Shown here: positions 1-8,749 of the stretch, in pieces
How the letters are laid out: each line of letters starts with the position of its first letter
Numbering within the stretch: the stretch's first letter is position 1
Source of the DNA: a candidate division WOR-3 bacterium
GTDB taxonomy: Bacteria > Hydrothermota > Tepidihabitantia > Tepidihabitantales > Tepidihabitantaceae
Length of the DNA stretch: 15,979 nucleotides
Direction of reading: 5' to 3'
Assembly: GCA_039801225.1 (NCBI GenBank)
Contig: JBDRUH010000035.1
Coordinates: 1-15,979, forward strand
Notes under the pieces: generated by a model
Databases searched by the model: none
What the model was told of the DNA's origin: nothing
What the model saw: only the letters and a program-made list of their open reading frames with translations
Program-made: the position numbers and the translations under genes

Positions 1-1
1 T

Positions 2-1108
2 ACCCTAACTGAGGTAAAAACGCCGGCACAATTGCGGGCGTTCATCCAATTACCCTTTTGCCTTTACCGAACTAACCAGAACTGGGTGCCACCGTTAAAA
101 AGTGATGTGGCGGCATTACTTGATTTCCATCATCACCCATTCTGGGAGCATGCCGATGGCACATTGTTCCTTGCCGAAAGGGAGGGCAAGGTGATAGGCA
201 GAATCAGCGCCCATATTGACCACAACTACAATAACCTCTGGAATGAAAAACTGGGCTCTTTTGGCTTTTTTGAGTGCATTGACGACCAGGAGGTTGCCAA
301 CGCCCTGTTTGATGCCGCAGCGGAGTGGGTGAAACGCCGGGGGATGACCGTCTTGCGCGGACCGATGAGCCCCTCCTCCAACGATGAGTGGGGCTTTCTC
401 CTTGAGGGTTTTGATAAGCCACCGGTGATTATGATGCCCTATAACCCGGAATACTACCTCCGGCTGGCAGAAAACTGGGGGCTGAGAAAGGCAAAGGACC
501 TGTTCGCCTTCATTAAATACGCCGACACCCCGATGCCGGAGCGGCTGAGCGCGCTGGCAGAAAGGTTGCGTCAGAACCCACGGATTACGGTGCGACCGGT
601 TAATATGCGCCGGTTGAAATCGGAGATGGTGATTATCCGCGACCTTTACAACTCCTCCTGGGAGAAGAACTGGGGCTTCTCGCCGATGACGGAAAAGGAG
701 ATGGACCTGCTCGCCAAGAACTTAAAGACCTTTGCCGACCCGAATATGGTTCTTTTGGCGTTTTACGATGGTAAGCCGGCTGGTCTGTCAATTACCCTGC
801 CGGATATGAACCAGGTACTCCGGCACCTGAATGGAAAACTGGGACCGCTCGGTTTGTTGAAGTTTCTCTATTACCGGCGGCAGATTACTAATGCCCGGGC
901 GATTGTCTTCGGGTTCAAGGCGGAGTTCCGGCGGCTCGGTTTGCCGGTCTTGCTCTTTTACGAAACCGAACAGTATATGCGAAGGAAAAATTACCGCTGG
1001 TGCGAACTGTCCTGGAATCTGGAGGACAACCGACTGATCAATGAATTTGACCAGGAACTGGGCGCCAAGATTTATAAGAAATATCGGGTGATGGAGAAGC
1101 CAATTTAG
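2..1108 (+). CDS. GNAT-fold N-acetyltransferase-like protein (YghO-like family), 5'-truncated by the window edge
   Basis: The frame is open from position 2 (TLTEVKTPAQLRAFIQLP...), so the true start lies upstream of the window. Family motifs seen: GRISAHID, FGFFECIDD, LRGPMSPS, MMPYNPEYY, WEKNWGF, ELSWNLEDN, YKKYRV. Confidence 0.8.
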   Translation, partial: TLTEVKTPAQLRAFIQLPFCLYRTNQNWVPPLKSDVAALLDFHHHPFWEHADGTLFLAEREGKVIGRISAHIDHNYNNLWNEKLGSFGFFECIDDQEVANALFDAAAEWVKRRGMTVLRGPMSPSSNDEWGFLLEGFDKPPVIMMPYNPEYYLRLAENWGLRKAKDLFAFIKYADTPMPERLSALAERLRQNPRITVRPVNMRRLKSEMVIIRDLYNSSWEKNWGFSPMTEKEMDLLAKNLKTFADPNMVLLAFYDGKPAGLSITLPDMNQVLRHLNGKLGPLGLLKFLYYRRQITNARAIVFGFKAEFRRLGLPVLLFYETEQYMRRKNYRWCELSWNLEDNRLINEFDQELGAKIYKKYRVMEKPI

Positions 1109-1110
1109 CC

Positions 1111-2640
1111 CTACTCCCACTCAATTGTTGCTGGCGGTTTTGAGGAGATGTCATAAACTACCCGGTTAATACCTGGCACCTCATTGATAATCCGGCTGGC
1201 AACCCGGGCGAGTAGTTCTTCGGGCAGTCTTGCCCAGTCTGCGGTCATCGCATCGGTTGAGGTCACTGCCCGCAGCGCCACCACATTCTCATAGGTGCGC
1301 CGGTCGCCCATAACCCCAACTGAGCGCACCGGCAAAAGCACCGCCAGTGCCTGCCAAACCCGATGATAATAGCCAGAGCGGCGTAGTTCGGAGATAAAGA
1401 TATGATCTGCCATCCGTAACATAGCCAGCCTTTCCGGTGTAACCTTACCGATGATGCGGACCGCCAGACCGGGACCAGGAAAGGGGTGACGGGCTAAAAT
1501 CTCCTTTGGTAAACCCAGCGCCTTTCCCAATTTACGCACCTCATCTTTGAACAGTTCTTTTAACGGCTCAATCAACTCAAACTTCAGGTCTTTAGGCAGA
1601 CCACCGACATTGTGATGGGTTTTGATCGTCGCTGAGGGACCACCCAATGCTGAACGAGACTCAATTAAATCCGGATAGAGTGTGCCTTGAGCCAGGAAGC
1701 GAATTGGTCCGAACCGCTCCGCCACCTCCTCAAACACCCGGATGAAGAGATTGCCAATAATTCGGCGCTTCTCTTCCGGTTCGGTAACACCACGCAGTTT
1801 CTCAAGAAAACGGTCTGCCGCGGGCACAAACCGCACTGGCATTTTCTGGCGCAGGGTGGTGAGCACCCATTCTGGCTCACCCTGGCGCAAAAGACCGTTG
1901 TCCACAAACACCGTAATTAGTTTTCTACCGAGCGCCCGATAAAGCAGGGTTGCCATCACCGTGGAATCCACCCCGCCCGAAACCGCACATAAAACCTTCT
2001 CCCTGCCCACTTGCGCTTTTATCTCCGCGGTCTTTTCGGCAATGAACTCCCGCATCCTCCAGTTTGCTTTTAAGCCCGCCACCCGGAAAAGGAAATTGCT
2101 TAGGATTTTTCTACCCAGGGGCGTATGCTCAACCTCAGGATGAAACTGGAGTCCATAAATCTTTCGGTTTTCATCCGCCATCGCCGCAATCGCCAGCCTG
2201 CCGGTCTTACCCAGTTTAACAAAACCTAATGGTAGCCGGCTGACCGAGTCGCCATGGCTCATCCATACCAGAAACTCCTGGGGAAGACCTTTAAACAAAG
2301 GAGTCTCCTTTACCCGGTGGAGTTTTGCACCGCCATACTCTCTAATACCTGCTGGTTTTACTTTACCTCCTAACAGGTGGGCGGTAAGTTGCATACCGTA
2401 ACAGATGCCAAGAATCGGGATGCCGATGTGAAATATTCCCGGGTCGGGGAGGGGCGCATCCGGTGCTGTTACGCTTGCCGGACCGCCGGAAAAGACAATC
2501 GCTCCCGCCCTCTTTCTCAATATATCTTTGCAATCGGTGGTAAATGGAACGATTTCCGAGAATACACCCAGTTCTCTGATGCGTCGGGCTATTAACTGGG
2601 TATACTGCGAGCCAAAATCAAAAACTAATACCCGGTCCAA
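1111..2640 (-). CDS. guaA: GMP synthase (glutamine-hydrolysing)
   Basis: DFGSQYTQLIARR N-terminus, class I glutamine amidotransferase GICYG and FHPE, PP-loop SGGVDS, IKTHHNVGGLP, HPFPGPGL and C-terminal SKPPATIEWE. Confidence 0.98.
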   Translation of the reverse strand: MDRVLVFDFGSQYTQLIARRIRELGVFSEIVPFTTDCKDILRKRAGAIVFSGGPASVTAPDAPLPDPGIFHIGIPILGICYGMQLTAHLLGGKVKPAGIREYGGAKLHRVKETPLFKGLPQEFLVWMSHGDSVSRLPLGFVKLGKTGRLAIAAMADENRKIYGLQFHPEVEHTPLGRKILSNFLFRVAGLKANWRMREFIAEKTAEIKAQVGREKVLCAVSGGVDSTVMATLLYRALGRKLITVFVDNGLLRQGEPEWVLTTLRQKMPVRFVPAADRFLEKLRGVTEPEEKRRIIGNLFIRVFEEVAERFGPIRFLAQGTLYPDLIESRSALGGPSATIKTHHNVGGLPKDLKFELIEPLKELFKDEVRKLGKALGLPKEILARHPFPGPGLAVRIIGKVTPERLAMLRMADHIFISELRRSGYYHRVWQALAVLLPVRSVGVMGDRRTYENVVALRAVTSTDAMTADWARLPEELLARVASRIINEVPGINRVVYDISSKPPATIEWE

Positions 2641-2643
2641 GAG

Positions 2644-3057
2644 TCAACGAGGATTGTTGGTTGATAAACTGTCACTTAGTAGCACATCGCATACTCCAGA
2701 AGCCTTGCCATAAAGAAGGATACATTGACGGTAGATATCGCCGGAAAACCTCCCTTTCTTTTCGGTGCGCCACTGCTCCACGGTTACCTTCAGGTCGCGA
2801 ATTGTTGCCTCCAGTGCCGGGAGTTGGCGTTGTAATTGCAATCGGAGCCAGGGGCTTGCGGTCTCCATCCGTTTCCGGATCTGCTCCACCTTACTTTCCA
2901 ACTCCGCAATTCTCTCCTCATAAGCCTTGATGGTATCGGCGCCAACTTCAAAGATTATAACCCCCGCCTGTTTCGTCCGCTCCCGGGAAAAGTTGAAAAT
3001 GACCGCACCGGCAAGCACTGCGACGACTATTAACAGAAACCAGAAAAGTGCCTTCAC
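2644..3057 (-). CDS. Hypothetical membrane-anchored coiled-coil protein (137 aa)
   Basis: GTG start with an AGGAGGT RBS overlapping the leuS stop. Hydrophobic N-terminal helix, then heptad-rich helices. Fills the gap between leuS and guaA in the same operon. Confidence 0.75.
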   Translation of the reverse strand: MKALFWFLLIVVAVLAGAVIFNFSRERTKQAGVIIFEVGADTIKAYEERIAELESKVEQIRKRMETASPWLRLQLQRQLPALEATIRDLKVTVEQWRTEKKGRFSGDIYRQCILLYGKASGVCDVLLSDSLSTNNPR

Positions 3058-3066
3058 ATTTACCTC

Positions 3067-5532
3067 CTATGAAATAACGATGTTCATTACCCGGCCGGCG
3101 ACATATATCACCCGCTGGATTTTTTTATCGGCAATAAACTCCCTTACCGCCTTGTCGGCAAGCGCTACCTTTTTTACCTCCTCCTCGGTTGCCTGGCGTG
3201 GTACTATTACTTTTCCCCGAAGTTTACCATTAATCTGCACCGGTATCTCCATCGTATCAAAGGAGAGAAAGTTTTCATCCCACTCCGGTAGCCTTTCCGA
3301 AAAAATTGACCCTCTATCAGGATAAAATCGGTGCCACAACTCTTCAGCCAGGTGGGGGGCAAATGGCGCCAGAAGAAGGGTAAATCGCTCTAGGGCAAAC
3401 CAATAAACCGCTGAACTTTTATCCGGAAAGAGATATAAGACATTGAGAAACTCCATCAGGGCGGCAATGGCGGTGTTGAACTGGAAATTCTCGGCATCTT
3501 GCACCACCTTCTTGTGGGTCTGGTTCAGTCTGATGTAAAGTTCTCGTTCCTTTTCCGCCAACCGCTCGGGCGCTACACCAATGTCCGAAGGCCGAGGACC
3601 GACGCTGTTAAATAACCGCCATATCCGAGACAGAAATCGCTTGACACCGGTTACCATCTCGTCACTCCACTCTAAGGGCTTTTCCGGTGGTGCCGCGAAG
3701 AGCACCGCCAGCCGGGCACAGTCGGCACCGTGCTCTTCAACAAACGGACCCACCCAGACTCCATGCCGCTTGGACGAGGACATCGTCTTGCCTTCTAAGG
3801 ATACCATCCCTTGAGTATGGAGGACCTGGCAGGGCTCTTTTACCGCTACCATCCCCATATCGTGCAAAACCCGGGTAAAGAATCGGAAGAAAATCAAATG
3901 TCCGCAGGCGTGCTCAATCCCGCCGATATATTCATCTATTGGCAACCACCTGTTTGCCTCTTCGGGCGCAAATGGCAACCGTTCATTATGAGGGTCGGTG
4001 TAACGCAAATGATACCAAGAGGAGTCAACAAAGGTGTCCATTGTATCCGGGTCCCGCTTTGCTGGACCCAAGCATTTCGGGCAGGTGGTATTGATAAACT
4101 CTTCAACCCCGGCAAGAACCGATTTACCCTTCGGTTTGTAATCCTTTACAGTGGGCGGTAAAAGGACCGGCAGTTGTTCATCAGGAACCGGCACAATGCC
4201 ACATCGCTCGCAATGAATCATCGGAATTGGCGTTCCCCAGTAACGCTGCCGGGAAATCAACCAGTCCTTAAGGCGGTAAAGAACCTTGCGCCTGCCCAGC
4301 CCGCGCCGTTCCAGATAGTCAATCATCCGGTTAATTCCCTCTTCGGAGGGGGTGCCGTCAAACTCACCGGAATTGACCATTATCCCCGGCGCGGTGTAAG
4401 CCTCGGTCAGCTCATCGGGAAGAAGTTTTCGGTCTGGGGGTGTAATTACCACTTTAATCGGCAGGTTATACTTCCGGGCGAACTCAAAATCCCGCTGGTC
4501 GTGCCCAGGAACACCCATCACCATTCCTGTCCCATAGCCGGCGAGAACGAAATCGGCAATGTAAATCGGCAGCCGCTCCCTGGTTAACGGGTGGAGGGCA
4601 AATCTACCGGTAAAAACCCCTTCCTTTTCCTTACCCGCGGCGATACGCTCAATCTCCGGCTGTAAAAGCACTCGGGCGCAAAACTCCTTCACCCTTTGGG
4701 CATAAGGGGTATTTTCCGCTATTGACTCAGCCAGTGGCGCATCGGGCGCCAAAGCCAGAAATGTTACGCCGTAAAGCGTGTCCGGACGGGTGGTGAATAC
4801 CGGTAGCGGTGTGCCATCATCCAACTGAAAAACCACCTCCACCCCCTCGGACCGTCCGATCCAGTTTCGCTGCATCGTCCGAACGCTCTCGGGCCAGCCG
4901 GTGAGTTCGTCAATCCCGTCCAAGAGTTCCTGAGCATAATCGGTAATTTTAAAAAACCACTGGGTCAATTTCTTTTTCTCAATCGGTGTGGCACAACTTG
5001 AGCGATAGCACTTACCATCAGCGGTTACCTGCTCATTTGCCAATACTGTTTGACATCTCGGACACCAGTTAACATAAGCCTCTTTCCGGTAGGCGAGTCC
5101 GCGCTCGTAAAATCGCAGGAATAACCACTGATTCCAGCGATAATATTCTGGCAGGCAGGTAGTAACCTCCCGGTCCCAGTCATAGCCGATACCCAATAGT
5201 TTCAAATTCCTTTTACAGAGATTGATTGAATCAAAGGTCCAGACCCAGGGTGGAATATTGTGCTCAATTGCGGCGTTCTCCGCTGGCAGACCAAAAGCAT
5301 CCCAGCCAAATGGATGTAGGACATCATACCCCTGCAACTTCCTCAGCCGACAGATACAATCCCCGATGCAGTAGTTACGGGCATGTCCCATATGCATATC
5401 GCCCGATGGATAAATAAACATTACCAGAACATAGTATTTCTTCTTTGGGTTTGGTGGTGTCTGAAAAACCTTCTTTTCCTCCCAGAACTTCTGCCAGCGT
5501 AGTTCAATTTCTCTAACTGGGTATTCACTCAT
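3067..5532 (-). CDS. leuS: Leucine--tRNA ligase (821 aa)
   Basis: MFIYPSG-HMGH (HIGH motif), GWDAFGLPAENAA, CP1 editing motifs FTTRPDT and GTG..MGVPGHDQRD, ISRQRYWGTPIP, DTMDTFVDSSWY. Start reassigned from 5610 to ATG 5532 because of a GGAGGTG RBS and an ATGA overlap with the holA stop. Confidence 0.97.
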   Translation of the reverse strand: MSEYPVREIELRWQKFWEEKKVFQTPPNPKKKYYVLVMFIYPSGDMHMGHARNYCIGDCICRLRKLQGYDVLHPFGWDAFGLPAENAAIEHNIPPWVWTFDSINLCKRNLKLLGIGYDWDREVTTCLPEYYRWNQWLFLRFYERGLAYRKEAYVNWCPRCQTVLANEQVTADGKCYRSSCATPIEKKKLTQWFFKITDYAQELLDGIDELTGWPESVRTMQRNWIGRSEGVEVVFQLDDGTPLPVFTTRPDTLYGVTFLALAPDAPLAESIAENTPYAQRVKEFCARVLLQPEIERIAAGKEKEGVFTGRFALHPLTRERLPIYIADFVLAGYGTGMVMGVPGHDQRDFEFARKYNLPIKVVITPPDRKLLPDELTEAYTAPGIMVNSGEFDGTPSEEGINRMIDYLERRGLGRRKVLYRLKDWLISRQRYWGTPIPMIHCERCGIVPVPDEQLPVLLPPTVKDYKPKGKSVLAGVEEFINTTCPKCLGPAKRDPDTMDTFVDSSWYHLRYTDPHNERLPFAPEEANRWLPIDEYIGGIEHACGHLIFFRFFTRVLHDMGMVAVKEPCQVLHTQGMVSLEGKTMSSSKRHGVWVGPFVEEHGADCARLAVLFAAPPEKPLEWSDEMVTGVKRFLSRIWRLFNSVGPRPSDIGVAPERLAEKERELYIRLNQTHKKVVQDAENFQFNTAIAALMEFLNVLYLFPDKSSAVYWFALERFTLLLAPFAPHLAEELWHRFYPDRGSIFSERLPEWDENFLSFDTMEIPVQINGKLRGKVIVPRQATEEEVKKVALADKAVREFIADKKIQRVIYVAGRVMNIVIS

Positions 5533-6608
5533 ATTTTCACCTCCTGAATTGGCTGCGTTGACCGGTTGTGGGAGGAATCGAGCGTCTTTTGCCCAATGCC
5601 TACCGTCCACATATCAATGAGCACAAAAGGCTCGGGATGTCCGGTAAGAATCGCCACATCAATTAAATAAAGTTTTTCCAGTGCCCGGTTTATCCCTTCT
5701 TCACTCCAGAGATTAAGCGCCTCTTGTGGCGCCCGCCATAGCCGCCCAATTGACCATTCTCCGGTCTTCACTCTTAAAAGGTCAATCAGCGCATGAGTTA
5801 GCCAGGCGATTATTGTCACCGGCTCCTCACCCAACTTCTCCAGTCGGCGGAGAACCTTCAGCGCGGTAACCGTGTCCCGCAGGGTTACCAACCTCACATA
5901 CTCCCCTAACTCAAATGCCCGACTCATTCCCGCATAACGCCGGATCGCATTCTCATCAACCGTCTCACCGGCGCTAAAAATTACACCCAACTTCCGCAGT
6001 TCCCCTTTAAGCACACCAGTATCTTCACCGCAGGTTGCCACTAAAAACTCCAGTACCTCCGGTGTTATTCTCAAGCCCAACTCCTTTGCCTGGACCTGTA
6101 AAAACTTCACCAACCCCTCACCCTGAGGTGGCTGACAATCCACAATCGCGCTCTCCTCGCCAACCCCCTGCAGTATATTAGCTATTCGCCTGTTCAGACC
6201 TCCCCAAGGTGTCCGGTAATCCTCGCTGTAGAAAACCACCGCTGTTGCGCTATTAGGGGTATGTTTCAGACCGGTAAAGAGTTCACTATTCAACTTCTCG
6301 GAAAGCACCTGGATATCCCGGATGACCATTAGCCTTCTTTTTGAACTGAAGGCTGGTTGCCGGGTGCGCTGAATCAAAAGCGCTATCGGCAATTCGGCAC
6401 CGATATCTTTACCATAGACCGTCTCGTAGTCAAACGCCTCCATCCCTGGGGAAACTAATTTCTCCTTCAAAATTTGCACTATTGCCTCGCCTCTCTCCCG
6501 GTCTTCTCCTAACAGGAGATAAACCGGGCGAATTTTCCCAGTTGCAATCTCCTTGATGATACTCTCTGGCGAGTAAAATTCTTTCTTTTTTTCTTTTACC
6601 ACTGCCAC
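5529..6608 (-). CDS. holA: DNA polymerase III subunit delta
   Basis: PVYLLLGED N-terminal motif, 'PAFSSKRRLMVIRD' resembling the HolA 'pffg.rrlvvv' motif, ELRKL, about 350 aa, adjacent to leuS as is common. The start may be the second GTG at 6602. Confidence 0.85.
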   Translation of the reverse strand: MAVVKEKKKEFYSPESIIKEIATGKIRPVYLLLGEDRERGEAIVQILKEKLVSPGMEAFDYETVYGKDIGAELPIALLIQRTRQPAFSSKRRLMVIRDIQVLSEKLNSELFTGLKHTPNSATAVVFYSEDYRTPWGGLNRRIANILQGVGEESAIVDCQPPQGEGLVKFLQVQAKELGLRITPEVLEFLVATCGEDTGVLKGELRKLGVIFSAGETVDENAIRRYAGMSRAFELGEYVRLVTLRDTVTALKVLRRLEKLGEEPVTIIAWLTHALIDLLRVKTGEWSIGRLWRAPQEALNLWSEEGINRALEKLYLIDVAILTGHPEPFVLIDMWTVGIGQKTLDSSHNRSTQPIQEVKI

Positions 6609-6609
6609 A

Positions 6610-6637
6610 ATTTTAACCAGTATTCAACTCCGGTCAA
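6610..6637 (-). promoter_or_regulatory. Putative sigma70-type promoter for the holA-leuS-guaA operon
   Basis: The minus strand reads TTGACC-N16-TAAAAT. A GTG (6602) lies 7 nt after the -10 box, which suggests a leaderless transcript. Confidence 0.55.
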
Positions 6638-6706
6638 GCCTCAATCTGCTGGCGGCCGCCAGCCGTCACGGGACACGAGCCACGGTAACGGACTACGGCG
6701 TTCCGC

Positions 6707-6734
6707 TTGATTTTCCTTTGAAATTGGTTAGATT
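6707..6734 (+). promoter_or_regulatory. Putative sigma70-type promoter for the Mut7-C/hutH/ABC operon
   Basis: TTGATT-N16-TAGATT, 9 nt before ATG 6744, with no SD sequence in between. Confidence 0.5.
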
Positions 6735-6743
6735 TTATCCTAA

Positions 6744-7208
6744 ATGAAGCAAGCCAATAAACCCCGACTTTTTTGCGATGTTATGCTGGGCAAACTGGCG
6801 CGTAAGTTGCGCCTTTTAGGGCTGGATGTTCGTTACGAGCGAAATTTGAAAGGAATGACCGCCTATCGTCAAGCAAAGGCTGAAGGCAGGCTGTTTCTTA
6901 CCCGCCAGCACCGTTTTCGCAATATGCCCGATGTTCTTTATGTCAACAGCGATAAAATTGCCGAACAACTGGAACAGATGAGTCGGGTTTTCTCTCTCAA
7001 GGCGAGCGAAGAGGATGCCGAGAGAGGCATATTGACGAGGTGTTCAGTTTGCAATGAGTCTTTAATAAAGATCACCCGGGAGCAGGCAAGACCCGGAATC
7101 CCATTTTATATCTATCAGATCCACAATAATTTCCGCCGGTGTCCCAAATGCCAACGGATTTACTGGCCGGGTAGCCATATTCAGGAAATTCTAAAGAAAG
7201 GAGTTTAA
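6744..7208 (+). CDS. Mut7-C RNase domain protein (PIN-like fold plus Zn ribbon, DUF82-type)
   Basis: CDVMLGKLARKLRLLGLD N-terminus, LFLTR, TRCSVCN and RCPKCQRIYWPGSH zinc-ribbon motifs. Confidence 0.9.
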   Translation: MKQANKPRLFCDVMLGKLARKLRLLGLDVRYERNLKGMTAYRQAKAEGRLFLTRQHRFRNMPDVLYVNSDKIAEQLEQMSRVFSLKASEEDAERGILTRCSVCNESLIKITREQARPGIPFYIYQIHNNFRRCPKCQRIYWPGSHIQEILKKGV

Positions 7209-8731
7209 TGACGGTGGTAATTGATGGTAAAAGTTTAAGTATAGAAAGTTTAGTCCGAGTTGCCCGGGAGCGGGAGAAGGTGGAACTTTCTCAAGAGGCC
7301 CGGGAGCGAATTGCCCGCTGTAGAAGTTTTGTGGAAAAAAAGATTGCCGAGCGGGCGGTAATGTATGGGATAACCACCGGCATCGGTGAACTGTCCGAGG
7401 TAATTCTCACCCCGGAGCAAACCCGACAGTTTCAAAGGTATTTAGTTTATTCCCATTCTGCCGGTTGCGGTGAGCCGTTACCCGAGGAGGTAGTCAGAGC
7501 CGGGATGTGCTCGCGGGTCAATGTATTAGCGATTGGTAATTCGGGAATCAGATTGAAGGTTGTGGAAACGCTGGTGGAAATGTTAAATAAAGGTGTAACG
7601 CCGGTGGTTTTTGATCGGGGCTCGGTTGGCGCCTGCGGCGACCTTTCGCCGATGAGCCAGATGGCTCTGGTGCTTTTGGGTGAGGGTGAGGCGTTTTATC
7701 AGGGGAAACGGCTGAGCGGTGCCGAGGCGATGAAAAGGGCTGGTATTGAAATAATTGAGTTTGAGGCTCGCGATGGTCTGGCAACAATCAACGGCTCAAA
7801 TATGACCGCTGGTATGGGCGCCCTGCAACTTTTTGACGCCAGCCGATTCTTTAAAACTTCCGAGATTGCTGCCGCGCTAACATTAGAGGTCCTCAACGCC
7901 AATATGGCGGCATATGACGAACGGATTCACAAAGTGCGGGGCTATGCCGGTGCGGTCACCTGCGCTGAGAACATCAGGCGCCTGACAGAGGGGTCGGAGA
8001 TGCTCAAACAACCGGGCAAGAAAGTTCAGGACGCCTATTCGCTTCGCTCCACTCCCCAGGTGGTGGGTGGTGCCAAGGATGCGCTAAAATGGGCGCGGCA
8101 GATGTTTGAAACTGAGTTAAATGGCGTCGGTGATAACCCGCTCTTTTTCCCGGATGATGAGGCATATCTCACCGGCGCCAACTTTCAGGGGACACCTTTG
8201 GCACTGGCGCTGGATTTGGTTGGCTCGGCAGTAACGATGATTGCCGTTCTTTGCGAACGCCGAACAAATCGGCTCTTAAATCGCAACCTTTCAGTAGGGC
8301 TGCCGGCTTTCTTAACCAAGGGTGCCGGAATGTTTTCCGGTTTGATGCTCACCCAGTATACTCAAGGAATGCTTATCTGCGAAAACCGAATTCTCTCCGC
8401 GCCAGCCGCGACCGGCTCAATTCCCGCTGCTGCCGACCAGGAGGACTTTGTCTCAATGTCCTTTACCTCAGCCCTGAAGACCCAGCGAATTCTTGACAAC
8501 GCCTGGTATGTGGTAGCGATTGAACTGTTAGCCGGTGCCCAGGCGGTTGAGTTCCGTAAACCTTTGCAGTTAGGTAAGGGGACAAAGGTGGTTTACGAAC
8601 TTATCCGTCAGGAGGTGCCGAAATTGGATGAAGACCGCCCTTTGCAGTATGATATCAACCGCCTCACCCAACTGGTGCGCTCCGGTAGACTCTTGCAAGC
8701 GGTTGAGGCTGAAGTCGGTCCTTTGCAGTAA
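7208..8731 (+). CDS. hutH: Histidine ammonia-lyase-like MIO-dependent aromatic amino acid ammonia-lyase
   Basis: YGITTGIG, LVYSHSAG (His-type selectivity residue), GSVGACGDL MIO loop, LATING, QDAYSLR..PQV, DNP, QEDFVSM. Overlaps the upstream stop (TAATG). Confidence 0.8.
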   Translation: MTVVIDGKSLSIESLVRVAREREKVELSQEARERIARCRSFVEKKIAERAVMYGITTGIGELSEVILTPEQTRQFQRYLVYSHSAGCGEPLPEEVVRAGMCSRVNVLAIGNSGIRLKVVETLVEMLNKGVTPVVFDRGSVGACGDLSPMSQMALVLLGEGEAFYQGKRLSGAEAMKRAGIEIIEFEARDGLATINGSNMTAGMGALQLFDASRFFKTSEIAAALTLEVLNANMAAYDERIHKVRGYAGAVTCAENIRRLTEGSEMLKQPGKKVQDAYSLRSTPQVVGGAKDALKWARQMFETELNGVGDNPLFFPDDEAYLTGANFQGTPLALALDLVGSAVTMIAVLCERRTNRLLNRNLSVGLPAFLTKGAGMFSGLMLTQYTQGMLICENRILSAPAATGSIPAAADQEDFVSMSFTSALKTQRILDNAWYVVAIELLAGAQAVEFRKPLQLGKGTKVVYELIRQEVPKLDEDRPLQYDINRLTQLVRSGRLLQAVEAEVGPLQ

Positions 8732-8749
8732 GCAAGGAGTTACTTTTGG

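Noticed and set aside
2644..3057. LptE assignment based on the leuS/holA neighbourhood
   Set aside because: No lipobox Cys, and the sequence looks all-helical, unlike LptE.
5533..5610. 26-aa N-terminal extension of LeuRS in the ORF track
   Set aside because: It overlaps holA. ATG 5532 has a GGAGGTG RBS and gives a normal LeuRS N-terminus.
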